A DNA stretch of 64,000 nt from Lama guanicoe. Its lineage: Eukaryota. Within the stretch, counting starts at the first letter, position 1, and every line of letters starts with the position of its first letter. The translations under genes were made by a program, and so were the position numbers. This document shows, in pieces, positions 49,421-61,423 of this stretch. The stretch covers positions 2,746,399 to 2,810,398 of the forward strand of contig MU053934.1 in assembly GCA_013239625.1 (NCBI GenBank), in the 5' to 3' direction. The notes beneath the pieces were generated by a model. The model saw nothing but the letters and a program-made list of their open reading frames with translations. It was not told where the DNA came from and did no database searches.

Positions 49421-51851
49421 GGCAGAGGCTCTTCAAAATCTTCTTTGTGTTTGCATCTTTTGTTCATTTACATATCAGTGAAAAGAAGTAACATGTGCAG
49501 ACAGAGTTCCTGGGCAGGGAAGAGAATTGGAAGGGAAGGGTCATATATAAGAGAAGATTGGTTCAATGGGCCATGCATCCAGCCAAGACAAGGAGCAGGC
49601 AAGGACCCCCTTGTCCCTCTGATCATGCCCACGCCTTCCACTCTTCCATATAAATCTGTCAATATGGTTTGGGAGAAATGAGAAGCAGAACCATGCCCCG
49701 CATGGGACACTCCAGGGACCAAGGGGCCTGGGGTACAGGTGGAAGGGTGTGGCTGCAGGAGTGTAGAGAGATAAGAATCTCTTCCTCCTCTTACTAGAGG
49801 AAGGGGACTTTTGGAAAGAATCAGGGTTGGGAGCTGGAGAAAATCTAGATCCTGCTGTTAAGTAAAATGAGGAAAAGATGACCTCTGCTCTCACCACTAC
49901 ACTACACAGGCTGCCAGCAGTCAGAGCATCAGCTGTCGTCATGAGGATAAAGCCCACTCTGGGATCTGCATGAAAGCAGTAACAATGCCCATTGTCACAC
50001 ACCCAGGGCCCTAGGGCCCCCACCGTACATAACAGTCCTAACTTCCTCGAGCACCTACTGTGTGCCTCGCGTATAACACATTTCTGATCCTTGTGGCGCC
50101 TTTCTTACAGAAGACACTAGAGTCTTCCAGGAAAATAGCTGGTCAAGCTGCGAAGCTGTGGTCATGACTGGGGACCAGCCTACATCGCGGGCTTTCATCG
50201 GGAGAGGAGACGCATGAGGCCAGAGCTGGGCTGGAGCCTGGCTTGAATGAGAGCAATCTGGGCTTGGTCTCCGGAGAGCCGGAAGGATTGGAAGCCTGAG
50301 AGTTAGATGTATTTAGGGAAGTGCTCCCTGGAGCCAGTGTGGATGATAAACTGAGATGGTAGGACGACCAGTTAGGTAGCTGTTGAAATAGCTCAGGCAA
50401 AAGAGGCAGGAAGTGTGAATTGAGACTAGGCTGTAGGGATGGAGAGATGGGGCCACTGGAGGGACCCTGGGCAGTAAATTACATTCCTGACTGATAGGAT
50501 GTAGCAGCTAAAGGAGGATGAGATAGCCACATGACTCCCAGGTTCCTGGCTTCAGTGAATTCAGGGCCAGAATGCCCGAGGAAGATCTGCTCTGCAGAGA
50601 GAAGGAGGCCGGCTTCGAGGTGCTGGGAAGCATCTGGGTAGGGTGTCCAGGAGGCAGTCGGGACACAGGGACCTGGCACTCCGGGGAGGGACTGGGGAAC
50701 CGTCATGGGAGCTGATGAAACCCACAGCCAGAGAGAGCGTGGAGGGTGAGAAGGAGGCTGAGGAAGCAGATGGAAAGGAGCCTGGGATGGAGCCCCCAGA
50801 CTCCCGGTGGAGATGGTGGAGTAGGTGGAGCCGAGGAACCGAGGCAGCATTGTGGGCACCAGCAGAGGCCAGGGCTGGAGAAGGGGCCCCGCGGAGGCCT
50901 GGGGTGGGTGCACTGAGGGCAGCACCAACATCCCTGGCGGAAGGTCGTGGGATGTCAGGGGTGGGAGCAGATTGCCAAAGGGTGAGAGGATGGAGGGGCA
51001 GTTACAGGGCTTCCAGGACCTCATGTTGCAAAGCCGTTCATTTCCCAGCATGCATTTCCAGCGCGATGGGGGCACTCTGGGCGGTTCTTGCACACTGTGG
51101 GCTGGAAGAGAGGAAGCACTTCCCTTAACACAGAAGGCAGAGCCATGAAGGGAGGAGACACACCTCAGCCACCAGGGTCCTAGCCTGGCCCAGGGGGAAG
51201 GGATCTCCCTGACCTGGAAGCCCGGTCCCAGGTGTATGCAAGCCACTCACCTGCTGTGCCCCCTTCTTCATACTTTCCCTCCCTCCCTGCTTCCTTCCCT
51301 CCCACAAACACTTGTTGGTCCTGTATTGGACACTGGAGATTCATAGATGAATATGACACAGCCCTTGACCTACATGTGCTCGTGGTACATAATCCTCAGC
51401 AGGAAGAGGTGGAAAGTCTAGATGAGGCTCTGATAGGGGACCCCCCACCGCCCCCAGGGCTAGAGAGAGAGGCCGTCCCAGCCTTCAAGGAAAATCTATG
51501 ACAGCTTAGGGTAATGGAGAATTAAAAGGATGAGGAAAAGCCATTGAATCATGGAGGTGGGAGGAAGGTGGGGAGAAGGCATCACCAAGAGAGACCAAGT
51601 TGATCTGCAGGTTGAGGAACAGGCAGGAAACAGAAGGAAAACATGCCCTGGGGGCTGGAGGAGTGGAGCCTGGGCAAGGGAGGGGCTTCAGCGCAGCCCC
51701 AAAGTGTGAAGGAGGGAGGCGGGGAAGAGGAGCTCCTGAGAGGGGAAGCAGCCTTGGTTTCTGAACAGAGCACCATGCGGACCCTGGACAGCCCAGAGCC
51801 ATAGCTTTTCTGTTGGTTATATTTTCCCCCTTTTGGTGCCTTCAAGAAAGT

Positions 51852-52082
51852 TATTTAGAGGGAAGGGCAGAGGGGCAAGATAAGGGTAGGGTATTAAGGG
51901 GCACAAACTACTATGTATAAAATAAATAAGTGACAAGGTTATATTGTACATCATGGGAAATTTAGCCAATACTTTATAATAACCAATGGAAGGTAACCTT
52001 TCATATATAATATTGTAAATCAACTATACCTCAATTTTCAAAAAGTGGCAAAAAAATGGAATCTGAAAAAAAAAAAAAAAGA
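51852..52082 (+). mobile_element. L1 3' end with poly(A) and TSD
   Basis: GGGGCAAGATAAGGGTAGGG...CACAAACTACTATGTATAAAATAAATAAG...poly(A). Flanked by AAGAAAGT at 51844-51851 and 52083-52090. Confidence 0.8.
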
Positions 52083-52301
52083 AAGAAAGTCAAGTTCCAG
52101 CATGGCCAGGCTGCACAAAAGCAGTCAGAGGAGAGCTCCTTTCCTGGGGCGGAGTTTTAGCCAAAGGTAGTGGCATCATGGCGACACCAAGGAGCAGAAG
52201 TGGACCCCCAGGGAGGAGGTGACCTTGGCTCGGGGCAGGGCCACGCCCTTGGGTTGCCTCATCCCTGTTGCCAGGGAGACTCTTGGCTCTGAACCCTGGG
52301 G

Positions 52302-52518
52302 CAAGGATCTGCAAACTATGGGCTGAGGGCCACGTCTGTGGCCTATTTTTGTAAATAAAGTTGTACTGGAAGACAGCCACACCCATTCAATTATTTATTG
52401 TTTATGGCTGCTTTTGCGCTGCGACAGCAGAATCCGGTGGTTGTGACCAAGAGCGGCGCCCTGCAAAACTTAAAATATTTACTATCAGGCCCTTCACAAA
52501 ATATATTTGCCAACCCTG
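52302..52518 (+). mobile_element. MER58A-like hAT MITE
   Basis: CAAGGATCTGCAAACTATGG...TTTTGTAAATAAAGTTGTACTGGAA...AAAATATTTACTATCAGGCCCTT...TTTGCCAACCCTG, with degenerate terminal inverted repeats. Confidence 0.85.
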
Positions 52519-53279
52519 CTTTAGCCTGCGAAGTGGGACACAGGCTCAGCTGCTGTAACGAAAGTCAAAATATCAGTGGCTTGAACACAATAGAGATTTC
52601 TTCCTTTCTCATGAACAGTCTGAAAGGCAGCTGTCTGGGGCTGGTCAGAGACCCAAGTTCCCTCTCCTCTGTTGCTCAACCGTCCTCTGGCCTCAGCCTC
52701 TCCAGCCAGCAGGAAGGGGAGGAGAGCACAGCCAGGAAGTTGTGCCCACAGCTTCCCCTCCCATTCCACTGGTCAGCGCTTGGTCACGTGGTCACATGGA
52801 GCCGCAAGGTAGATTGGGAAATGTCACTTTTAGCTGGGTGGCCATGAGTTCAGACCAACTTCCTTTGGACTTCATTACCAAAGGAAGAAGGAGAGTGTGG
52901 GTTCTAGGGGATTTTAGCAGTCTCTGGTCAAGAAGCACAAAAGCAGGGTAGGGAGGGGGAAGAATTTGCGTTCCCTATAGGGCACTGGAATAAAATTTGT
53001 AACACGCCCAAACTGAGCAGGTGTCAGTAACTAATACAAAACGCCTCCTTCCCCCACTTCCTTCCTCAAATATTAATTGAGCCCTCAGTTATATCAGGCT
53101 TTAGCTGGATGTCTTTCACAGAGAAAGAAACTGATGGTCAGAGTGGTCAGCTGAGTTATCCAGGGGCCTATCCTGCTCCTGGCGTGAGGCTCCTCCTGTC
53201 TGACCGTCCGGCTTCCCTCGGGACTTCCTAGCTGGGAGCTAGACTTGTGGGCCTGCTAGGCTGGTTGGGTGTTGGGGAA

Positions 53280-53830
53280 ACATCACACAAATTATTTTAG
53301 CAGTGAGAACTTAATATAGGGGATTGGTTTATCATATCTTGGAGAACGGAAAAGGCAAAGAGGGACACTGAGGTAACCAGAGATAACTGAGGAAGGTAAC
53401 TGCTTCCTACAGCTGGGGGAGCAGAAGGAAGAGAGTGGGATTTTCATAACCTAAAAGCTTGGAGGAGGAAGCTGGCATAGGAGATGTTGTCACCCAGCTG
53501 ATGCTGGTGCCTTAGGAGCTTGGAGAAGGGCCCTCAGGGAGCTGGGACTTAGAACTTCAGATCTCTGAGGAGGGGGTGGGCTGATCCTGGGAACGTTGGA
53601 AAAAAAAAAACTAGAAACAAGAACTGATTGTTACTGAAACAGCTATGGCTTCCAAGGTAGCACTGCTGGGTACAGCGAGCAAATATGAAGGAATAAATGC
53701 CTTCCTTCTCTCCATCCTTCCATCTTCCTCTAGCGCCCCCTACTGGCAGAGACTAATGGGAATCAGTTGGCAAAGCAGAAACATGGTTTGGAGACCTAAC
53801 CCCAGCTCCAGAGAGCTGTGCGCAGCAGGG
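53280..53830. mobile_element. ERVL-class LTR (LTR41-like) carrying a CTCF motif
   Basis: AACTTAATATAGGGGATTGGTT...CCTCTAGCGCCCCCTACTGGCAGAGACTAA...GGCAAAGCAGAAA resembles LTR41 as recalled. Confidence 0.55.
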
Positions 53831-53954
53831 TAGGTCTGGAGCTGAGAAGGGATAAAAACTAGCCCAGGGGCCAGGGCTACATTTAGACCCCTGGTGTTTA
53901 TAGACCTGGAGCCCCTGTCTCTGAGCCAGCAAGGACCATCCTCCTCCTGATATG

Positions 53955-54578
53955 CTGGCTGGTGGGAAAGCCAAATTGTGCAACCACTTTAGAAAACGGC
54001 TTTCTCGTGAAGTTAGATATGCAAGGACCACAAGACCCAGCATCCCACTCTTAGATATCTACGCAAGAGAATTGAACACGTATATCCACACAAGCCTTTA
54101 CACATGAGTGTTAGGAGCTGCTTCATTTTAATAACCCCAAACTGGAAACAGCCCTCATGTCCATCAACGTGTGAATGGACAACAAGTCGCGGTGTAGTCA
54201 CACAGTAGACTGCTACTTGGTGATAAAAGGAATAAATGATTGATGCACACATCAACACTGATGAGTTATACCATGTGAAAAAAAAAAACCAGATGCAAAA
54301 GATCACATACTCTACAATTCCCTTCGTATGAAATTTCAGAAGTGGCAAAATAGAATGACAGAAAGCAGCCCAGTGGTTGCCAGGGCCTGGGGTGGGGAAG
54401 GGAGGAGATTGATCGCAAAGGGGCATGATCTTTTAGGGGACCTTTTGGGGATGATGGAAATATCCTGCATTGTGATGTGGTGGTTATGAAATTGTCAAAA
54501 ACTGTTAAATTATACACTTTAAGTTGGTGAGTTTTATTCTATGCAAATTATACCCGGAAAAAGCTGATTCTTAAAAAT
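53955..54578 (+). mobile_element. Old L1 (L1MB/MC/ME-type) 3' region
   Basis: GCTGGTGGGAAAGCCAAATTGTGCAACCACTTT...CCCAAACTGGAAACAGCCC...GGGGATGATGGAAATATCCTG...ATGCAAATTATACC. Confidence 0.85.
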
Positions 54579-55204
54579 TGAGTTGGAATGCTGTCAGAAG
54601 GGGGCACGTAGTCTACTAACTTCCATTGCCACCTCCTTTGAGCCACCCTCCAAGCAGCAGACAAAGGGATCTTTTAAAAACGTTAATCAGATTACATCAG
54701 TCTTTATTTAAACACTCTGGTGGATTCTCTTTCCTCTTTGAATGAAACCCTGAGGATTACCGTGGCCTACAAGCGCCTCTGCCCTGCTTGCTGACCCCCA
54801 CACTAGGGGACCTGGAGCGACAGGACAAATGAAAGCCGTGTCTTAATATATGAAGCTGCAGATCGGGCCGACAGACGGCTGATAAAACAATCCTGTCCTT
54901 CTATCTTGACAAGCAGACCTTCATGAAGAGCTGGAAGGTCAGGTTCCAATCTGAAATTGGAGTCCTCGGAGCTCTGTGCCACAAGGTGATTGCGTGGAAG
55001 ACAGATCTTAAGCCTCAGCCTGCACCCCGCTGCCTTGCCTTTCCATCCTGTCTCCATATGAAACTGTGATGATACCTGCCAGGCCCCTGAAGCCTTTTGT
55101 TTGCAATCTCTGGGGGCTGAAGACAGCACTGGGCATGGAATCTGGGAAACTGGATTCTTAACATGTATCGCCTGATTTTTCCCCAAATTGGACTTTGTTT
55201 TGTA

Positions 55205-55352
55205 GGCATGTGCTTATACGTGCATGGGTGTATGCGTTTGTGTGTATGTGTATGCATGTCTCCATGTGTGTGCATGTGCACGCACGCCTGTGTATGTGCA
55301 CATGTGTGCAGGTATGCATGTGCATGTGTGTATGCATGTTTGCATGTGTGCT
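55205..55352. repeat. Degenerate (TG)n/(CATG)n low-complexity repeat
   Basis: TGTGTGTATGTGTATGCATGT...TGCATGTGCACGCACGCC...TGCATGTGTG. Confidence 0.85.
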
Positions 55353-56002
55353 TCAGCAGGAGTGTGAGCTCCTTGAAGGCAGCCACTGTGCCAGATTCGT
55401 CTGTACCCTTTCTCCCTGTACAGATGGAATGCTAAGTGAGTTCTTGTGGAATGAATAAATGAATGAATGGGCCAGTAGAGCACCATGAGTAACAGTGTGG
55501 GTTTGGAGTCAGCCAGATTGGAGGTCGAAATCTTACTTTGCCACTCATCCACTAAGTCACTTTGAGTTCAGTCTCCTAATCCCGGAGAGCCTCGGTTTCC
55601 GCATCTCCAGACCAGGGATAAAAATATGACCTATTTTATGGGTGTTGGTGTGAGGATTAAGTAGCAATAGTCAGAGCCACCATGTACTGAGCTGGACTTT
55701 GAGCCAGGCACTGTTCTAAGGGCTTTGCAAGTGCTAACTCATATACTCCCACAATTTTATGGTAGAGGGGTGGTTAAACAGTAAACTCAGAGCATCTTGG
55801 CCATAATCATATTTATGATCAGTGGAGAAGAGATTCAGGATCCTTAAGCCTGATGGGGCATCTTCTCACGAGTCCTACTCGGACTGTGACTGATGATGTG
55901 GTCTGGAGAGAACTGTGAGTTCCCGCAGACAGCGCTTTGCCAGGCCTGCTCACAATTTGACCCTCTGGTTGGACGAGTCCTTCTCTTGCTGTTTATAGCA
56001 TT

Positions 56003-56067
56003 TGTCCTCTAGGTGGCGCTGCAGAGTGGGAACTGGACAACTGAGTCGCAGCGCCCCCTGGTGGTCA
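56003..56067. promoter_or_regulatory. Pair of oppositely oriented CTCF motifs
   Basis: Plus strand TGTCCTCTAGGTGGCGCTGC (56003-56022) and minus strand TGACCACCAGGGGGCGCTGC (56048-56067). Confidence 0.7.
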
Positions 56068-57946
56068 ATTTCCGTCAATATTTTGATTATGTTCCGTGCC
56101 ATTTCCACAAGTCAGTGCAGTGACAGTGGAAGACAAAAATGAAGAAAAAATAGAAGTTGGTGTGATAAGTTTTAAGACAGAGAGGAGAAAAGTGTGCAGG
56201 GGGAGAAAGACCAGGAAGGGACCAAGGCATATTAAGGCAATTATCATCAATGATAACATTAACACCAATGATTTACTGCCCACCTTCCGTGTGCCAGGTA
56301 TGGTACTAAGCACTTGGCCTTCACCGTCTTATTTAGCACACCTCCAGAAAATATGTGTCATGAGAACAATGACTTCCATCGGGAGCTGGACACACAGTAG
56401 GTGTCTGGAACACAGGAGGTGCTCAAACATTTTGAACACATGAATAAGGAAGTAGTCCCATGAAGCAAGTATTATCATCTCCATCTAGAAAAGTGAACAA
56501 GGAAACTGATGGTCAGAGAGGTTACACAGCTAGTGCGTGCCTGAGTCAGGGCACCTGAGTCCCAGACCCAGGTCTGCTGTGTGCTGGAGGGTCACGGAGG
56601 AGGGTAGATCCCTCTGCCTTCAGGGAGATTGCTGTCTGATTGGCTTCACCCACACCCTCCCGCGGGCCTGCCAGGTTGGCTATTTATGGCTCAGGGAGGA
56701 GGTCCAGTGAAGCTCCCCTCATAAATTATAAAGAGAGACACATGTGGGTCAGGATTGGGGAATTCAGTGCACGCGGGATCCCCAGGAATCTTGCTCAGTC
56801 TCATCTGGGATTTTCCTTCTCTTCCCTAGGAGACTCACCGACTCAGGCAGGGAGCATTTACTGTGTTTGCATAAGGAGCTCCTGTGGGGCATCTCCCGGT
56901 CCTGCCGGAGATGCTCGCCTCCTCCCCAGCCCCTGACCATCACCACGCTCCCTTTCCTACAGCTGGAGTTCCTAGCCCTGACTCACGGCTACTTGGAGGC
57001 AACTTTCCTTGCCTTATCATGCATACCTGTGGCGTCTGAACGAGCAAGCTTTGGAAAACGCTATGCATTTTGTGCCTTTCAGATCCGGTCCTTATTCAGG
57101 CGCTGGCAATCCCTCAGGTATGTTCTGAGCGTATTGACCCTTTCCTTGGAGATGTGGCTCTGAATGGTCGTTAGTAAACTTTCATAATGCAGCGATGCCC
57201 CATCTCTGAACAACCCCTGGTATATGTTTTTGAGTACTTGAGCCTATTTATTTTTCAGCATTCCATCCCCTTTGTCACTGCCAGAATGTCACTTAATTGT
57301 CATTTGCTTCCGATGGCCCCTAGCAGTTTTCTCCCTCCTAATTCAGTGCTTTGAATCTCTGAGCTGGTGAGTTTGAGCGTCCTTTCTAAGTAACCTGGTG
57401 GGAAGGGAGGGCCAGCCTGCTTACTTCTGTAAATAAACTATATGAGTTTTACTGCAAGGACGGGGAGCCACCAATTCAGACTGTTTGATGGCTTGTGTGT
57501 GGGTTTATTCACAGACCATGGAGAGAGCTGGATATCACACGTCAGCTCTCCATATGCAAGAGGTCACTTCAGGCATCTTTTGGTACCTGCCCAGAAAGGC
57601 TCCGTACACACTTGCTTCCTGGTGTGGTGAAGGGTTTGGCTCCTCTTCTGGCGATTCTTCTGCCTGACCTCCTCCCCACCCCACAAACAGCAGCAGCAGG
57701 AGACTGCTGGTGGGGGCGGGGGGCGGGGGAGAAGACACGGGAACCCAGAAGCCGCAGGATGGAAGCCCACTGCTGACAGGGTGTCTGGCCTCAAATTACA
57801 CCGTATCAGAGCTCGGGCACAAAATTAGCAGCAGTGTTCGGTGTACGAGGAGCCAGACAAAATAGCCATATTCAGCAGAACCACGGGCAGGGCCAGAAGA
57901 AAGGGAGAGGAGTGGGGGAGGGGAGAGCTGCCCCATCGCAGGCCCT

Positions 57947-58004
57947 GGGCCCTTCTCTGGACAACCTCGTCCTCCGGGCCCTTGCCTGGACAACCTCGTC
58001 CCCC
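57947..58004. repeat. 29-bp tandem duplication (2 copies, 26/29 identical)
   Basis: GGGCCCTTCTCTGGACAACCTCGTCCTCC / GGGCCCTTGCCTGGACAACCTCGTCCCCC. Confidence 0.9.
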
Positions 58005-58133
58005 ACTGCAGAGGCGGCTGCCCGGTGGCGAGTCAGGGTCACAGGAGGGTTCTTGGGGATGGAGGGAGTGAGGGATGGGAAGGCAAGACCTTGAGAAACC
58101 CGGGAAGATGGACTTGAGGACTTGTCCTACCCA

Positions 58134-58162
58134 ACACACACACACAAACACACACACACACA
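58134..58162. repeat. (CA)n microsatellite
   Basis: ACACACACACACAAACACACACACACACA. Confidence 0.9.
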
Positions 58163-58824
58163 AATGGAAAATTTTAAACAAGATTTTAAAATTCCCATGT
58201 CTAGACACTTTTCATGCATTTTTGTCATTAATTCTTATGAGAACCCCATTCAGTAAATCTATTTTACAGGTGAATAAAGAAAGGATCAAAAAAGACACAT
58301 GAGCTTGTCCAAGTTCAGGTGCTATAAGTGCATTCACGTCTATGCTTATTACATGCCCACTTAGATTCCAGCATTTAAATACATTCTCTCAAACTCACGA
58401 TGTCACGACTATACACATCCCACGCTCTTGGACAGACCCAGCATAAACACGCCCACACTTGCCCAGCACGTTTATATGCAATACATGTTTTCAACTCTAC
58501 CCATGTGATGGTCACACCATCACACGCCGGCGCTGGATCTCACTTTCTTGCTAAAATTGTTGTCACCTCTTGTCATTCCCGACCAGCTCTAGGCCAGCGT
58601 CCTCCTTGTCCCCAGCCCCGGCTAGGTGCTTGCACCTCTTAGAGCTCACAGGCACCTGCCACACCTGCCACTTGTCACCCTGTCCTGCTCATTTGTTTCA
58701 TCCTCCAGACGACGGGCCGGAGTCATTGTTTGTATGTTTCTCGTTCCTCGGGTGTGAAATCTTCCGTATGCTGGGTCCATAAGCTGTCTTTCATAGTGGA
58801 GGGGATTCTTTTCACGATTTGTCA

Positions 58825-58885
58825 TTTGGGCCCGTGAGCCCGCAGGGCAGTTTTGTTACTGCCCTGCAGGCTCATGGGCTCCAAA
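58825..58885. repeat. Near-perfect inverted repeat (27/28-nt arms, 6-nt loop)
   Basis: TTTGGGCCCGTGAGCCCGCAGGGCAGT-TTTGTT-ACTGCCCTGCAGGCTCATGGGCTCCAAA. Confidence 0.9.
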
Positions 58886-61069
58886 CTATTTTGATGCAAT
58901 GCTTCAGCCTGGGGTTTCTAGGGGTATATTCTGCGGGCGGCTTAGATCCTGGCATGACACCAGTGCATGCTTGAGGCTTGAGGCTCTGATCTGTACATGC
59001 CTCTTGTTCCACCCATGGCCTGGGAACGAATCTCAGTTCCTGCAGTGACCTTAGCCTGATAGCTGAGGCATTCTGCTCCTCTAATCGGTTCTGACACCCC
59101 GCTTCAGTCTAGGAACTCAGATTTGAGCTTCCTGCCAACAGCAAGACCCAAAGCCTGGACCTAGTGCCAGATGAGGCATTAAAGTCCCAGCCCTACAAAC
59201 CCATATCCACCTTTGGTCTTCCCACTGGGTGCGGGGCGCCTCTCACTGGTATAGGTTCCCCCTCTCTTAGAATCTGAAAATCACACTTTCTTGCCTTTGA
59301 GCTGGGCTCTATATGTTTAAGATACTTAAAAATATATTGCACGGTGTTTTTCATGTGCCTGGAGTAGGATGGGAAATTTCAGCTTGTGTTCACCCTGTTA
59401 ATTTATGTCTGTATTCCAAATGCCTCGCTCGATAAATAGCTGTCGATTGGACATCTCTCTCCATTTCTCTCCTTTCTTGTCCTCTCCTCCATCCTTCTCC
59501 AACACTGTCCCTACCTCACAAGGAGTCTGTAAAGGATCTTGGTTTCAGTAGAAGCCTTGGCCCTGGGCTGGCTGGCTGGAGAGGGCAAACCTCACTGGGT
59601 CAGGGCCGTAGTGCTGGGCTCAGGGCATACGCCCCCTCCTGGGGACTCTGGCTCCTTTCTGAACTCTATCTGGGGCAGGGGATCCCTTGGGGTGGCTGAG
59701 GGATGAGGTTCAGAGGAAGGGCTTGAGGCTGGAGCCAGACAGCCCCGGGGATCCTGAGAGTGGCTCCTGTCCCCAGTTCCTTCGTCTGGGAAATGACAAT
59801 GAGAAATCCTCGTTTCGCGCTCCACTGGGCTGGCTCTGTCCCTGCAGACTCCTGTCCCAGTCCTGGGGGTTCCTAATTCAGCATGGGCTTGGGGAAGAGA
59901 GAGTCAGAAGGGCCCGGAAGTCTCAGTGGCTCCCTCATCTACATCCTCTCCCTGCTGCCCTTCTGCTTCGCATCGGTGATGCATGAGTGAGTGTGAATGT
60001 GAACAAGAGTGTGTGAGAGTGTGTGTGGGTGTGTGCATGTGTGTGTGTGACTGGGGTTACTGCGTGTGGCTGTGAACTTCTTCTTTAGAGAGCTCCCTTC
60101 AAAATGCAATAGCCGAACCTGTTGGAGGAACCACAGAATCACCAGCTGGAAGCATTGTCTTCATTCGCTGAGCGCTCGCAATGTGCTAGGCGCTGTGCCA
60201 GCTGGGAAGACAGTCACTACACATATAAATACACAGAGATGAAATCACAATAGTTCCAAATGCTCTGAAGTAAAAGTACAGGACAGGGGTCTGGCCAAGA
60301 ATAGCACAGGGAGGGTGAGATATTTGAGGTGAGGGTTTAGGAAAGGCCTCCCTAAAGGGATGATTTCCAAGTTGAGCCTCAAAGATGGCAGGGAACAGCA
60401 TTCCACCAGGGGAACAGCATGCACAAAGGCCCAGATGGGAAGACATCTTGGAACTTTCTAGAAATGTGGGAAGGAAATGGCCCAGGAAAGGGACTGGGAA
60501 AGCCAGCAGGGTGCCAGAGCTTCAGAGGCAGGCAGGGCTAGAAGTCTGGACTTTCTCCTAAGTGCACAGTGAAGCAGTTAAAGAGTTTAAGTAGGGAAGG
60601 CTGTGATCAGGTTTGCAATGTAAAGCTCACTCTGGTGGGCAGCCGGGTAGGGAGCATTGGCTGTGCCAGGCCCTGGCAGGCCCGGGAACCTAGGGATGAG
60701 AAAAGTACAGAGCGGAGCTCCAGGAGAGGGAGACGACAAAAGCATAAACCACCCTTCACAGTCTAATATGACACAGGTGCCCAGGAGCACCACCCAAATT
60801 TGGAGAACCAGGGAGGCTTCCTGGAGGAGGTGGCATTTGAGCTGGGCTTGAGGGATGGCAGGCAAGGTGGAGGCCAACACTCCAGGCCTGGGAAATGGCT
60901 TTGGCAAAGTCTCAGCAGTGAGGTGGTGGGGGTTGAGTTTGATGAGCCGGTGGATGTGAAATGACTCCTCAAGGTTGTAAGTCCCCCTGGTGGCTGAGCC
61001 AGCACTGGGACCCCATCTCTGATGGGAGTGGGGCTCTGTGATGCCCAGCCGAGGCCTGGCACCAAGAAC

Positions 61070-61391
61070 TAACACTGAGGAAGTCCCTGAAGCCCCCAGG
61101 TCATTGGACTCCTGCACACCCAGCATCAGAGGGTGGGCACTTCCCCAATTGTGGTGCAGCTGGTGGGGGAAGAGGAAGTGCAGGCCACAGGCCAGACCCT
61201 GAGAGCCGGGAGGAGGAGCCTCTTCTAAAATCAAGAGGAGCCAGGGTGGGGCCTCCCCAAAGGCAGCTCCTGGAGGCTCCTGGGACCACAGCTGAGACAC
61301 AGGGGGGCTGGAGGGAAGTGAGAGGAGAACTCAGCCTGGGCCCAGCTGAGCAAGACCCTCTGCCACCCACTCCCCTGGACCACTGGCAGCC
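61070..61391 (+). promoter_or_regulatory. NCF4 myeloid promoter/5'UTR with multiple PU.1/ETS boxes
   Basis: GAGGAAGT 61077-61084, CACTTCCCC 61138-61146 (minus), AAGAGGAAGTG 61170-61180, GAGGGAAGTG 61311-61320, RUNX TGTGGT 61150-61155, E-box CAGCTG 61157-61162. No TATA seen. PU.1 dependence of p40phox expression is established. Confidence 0.75.
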
Positions 61392-61423
61392 ATGGCTGTG
61401 GCTCAGCAGCTGCGGGCTGAGAG
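61392..61423 (+). CDS. NCF4: Neutrophil cytosol factor 4 (p40phox), first coding exon; the remainder of the gene lies beyond the window
   Basis: GCAGCC ATG GCT GTG GCT CAG CAG CTG CGG GCT GAG AG|GTGAGT = MAVAQQLRAE(S), the p40phox N-terminus. Strong Kozak context, consensus donor, syntenic position next to PVALB. Exon 2 was not found before 64000. Confidence 0.93.

Noticed and set aside
50479..51246. 255-aa minus-strand ORF
   Set aside because: Pro/Ser-rich translation of G-rich, partly L2-like sequence; no domain or exon structure.
55015..55552. His/Cys-rich ORFs resembling metal-binding peptides
   Set aside because: These are translations of the (TG/CA)n low-complexity repeat.
60587..61300. 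237-aa ORF antisense to the NCF4 promoter
   Set aside because: Overlaps L2 fragments and promoter sequence; no protein resemblance.
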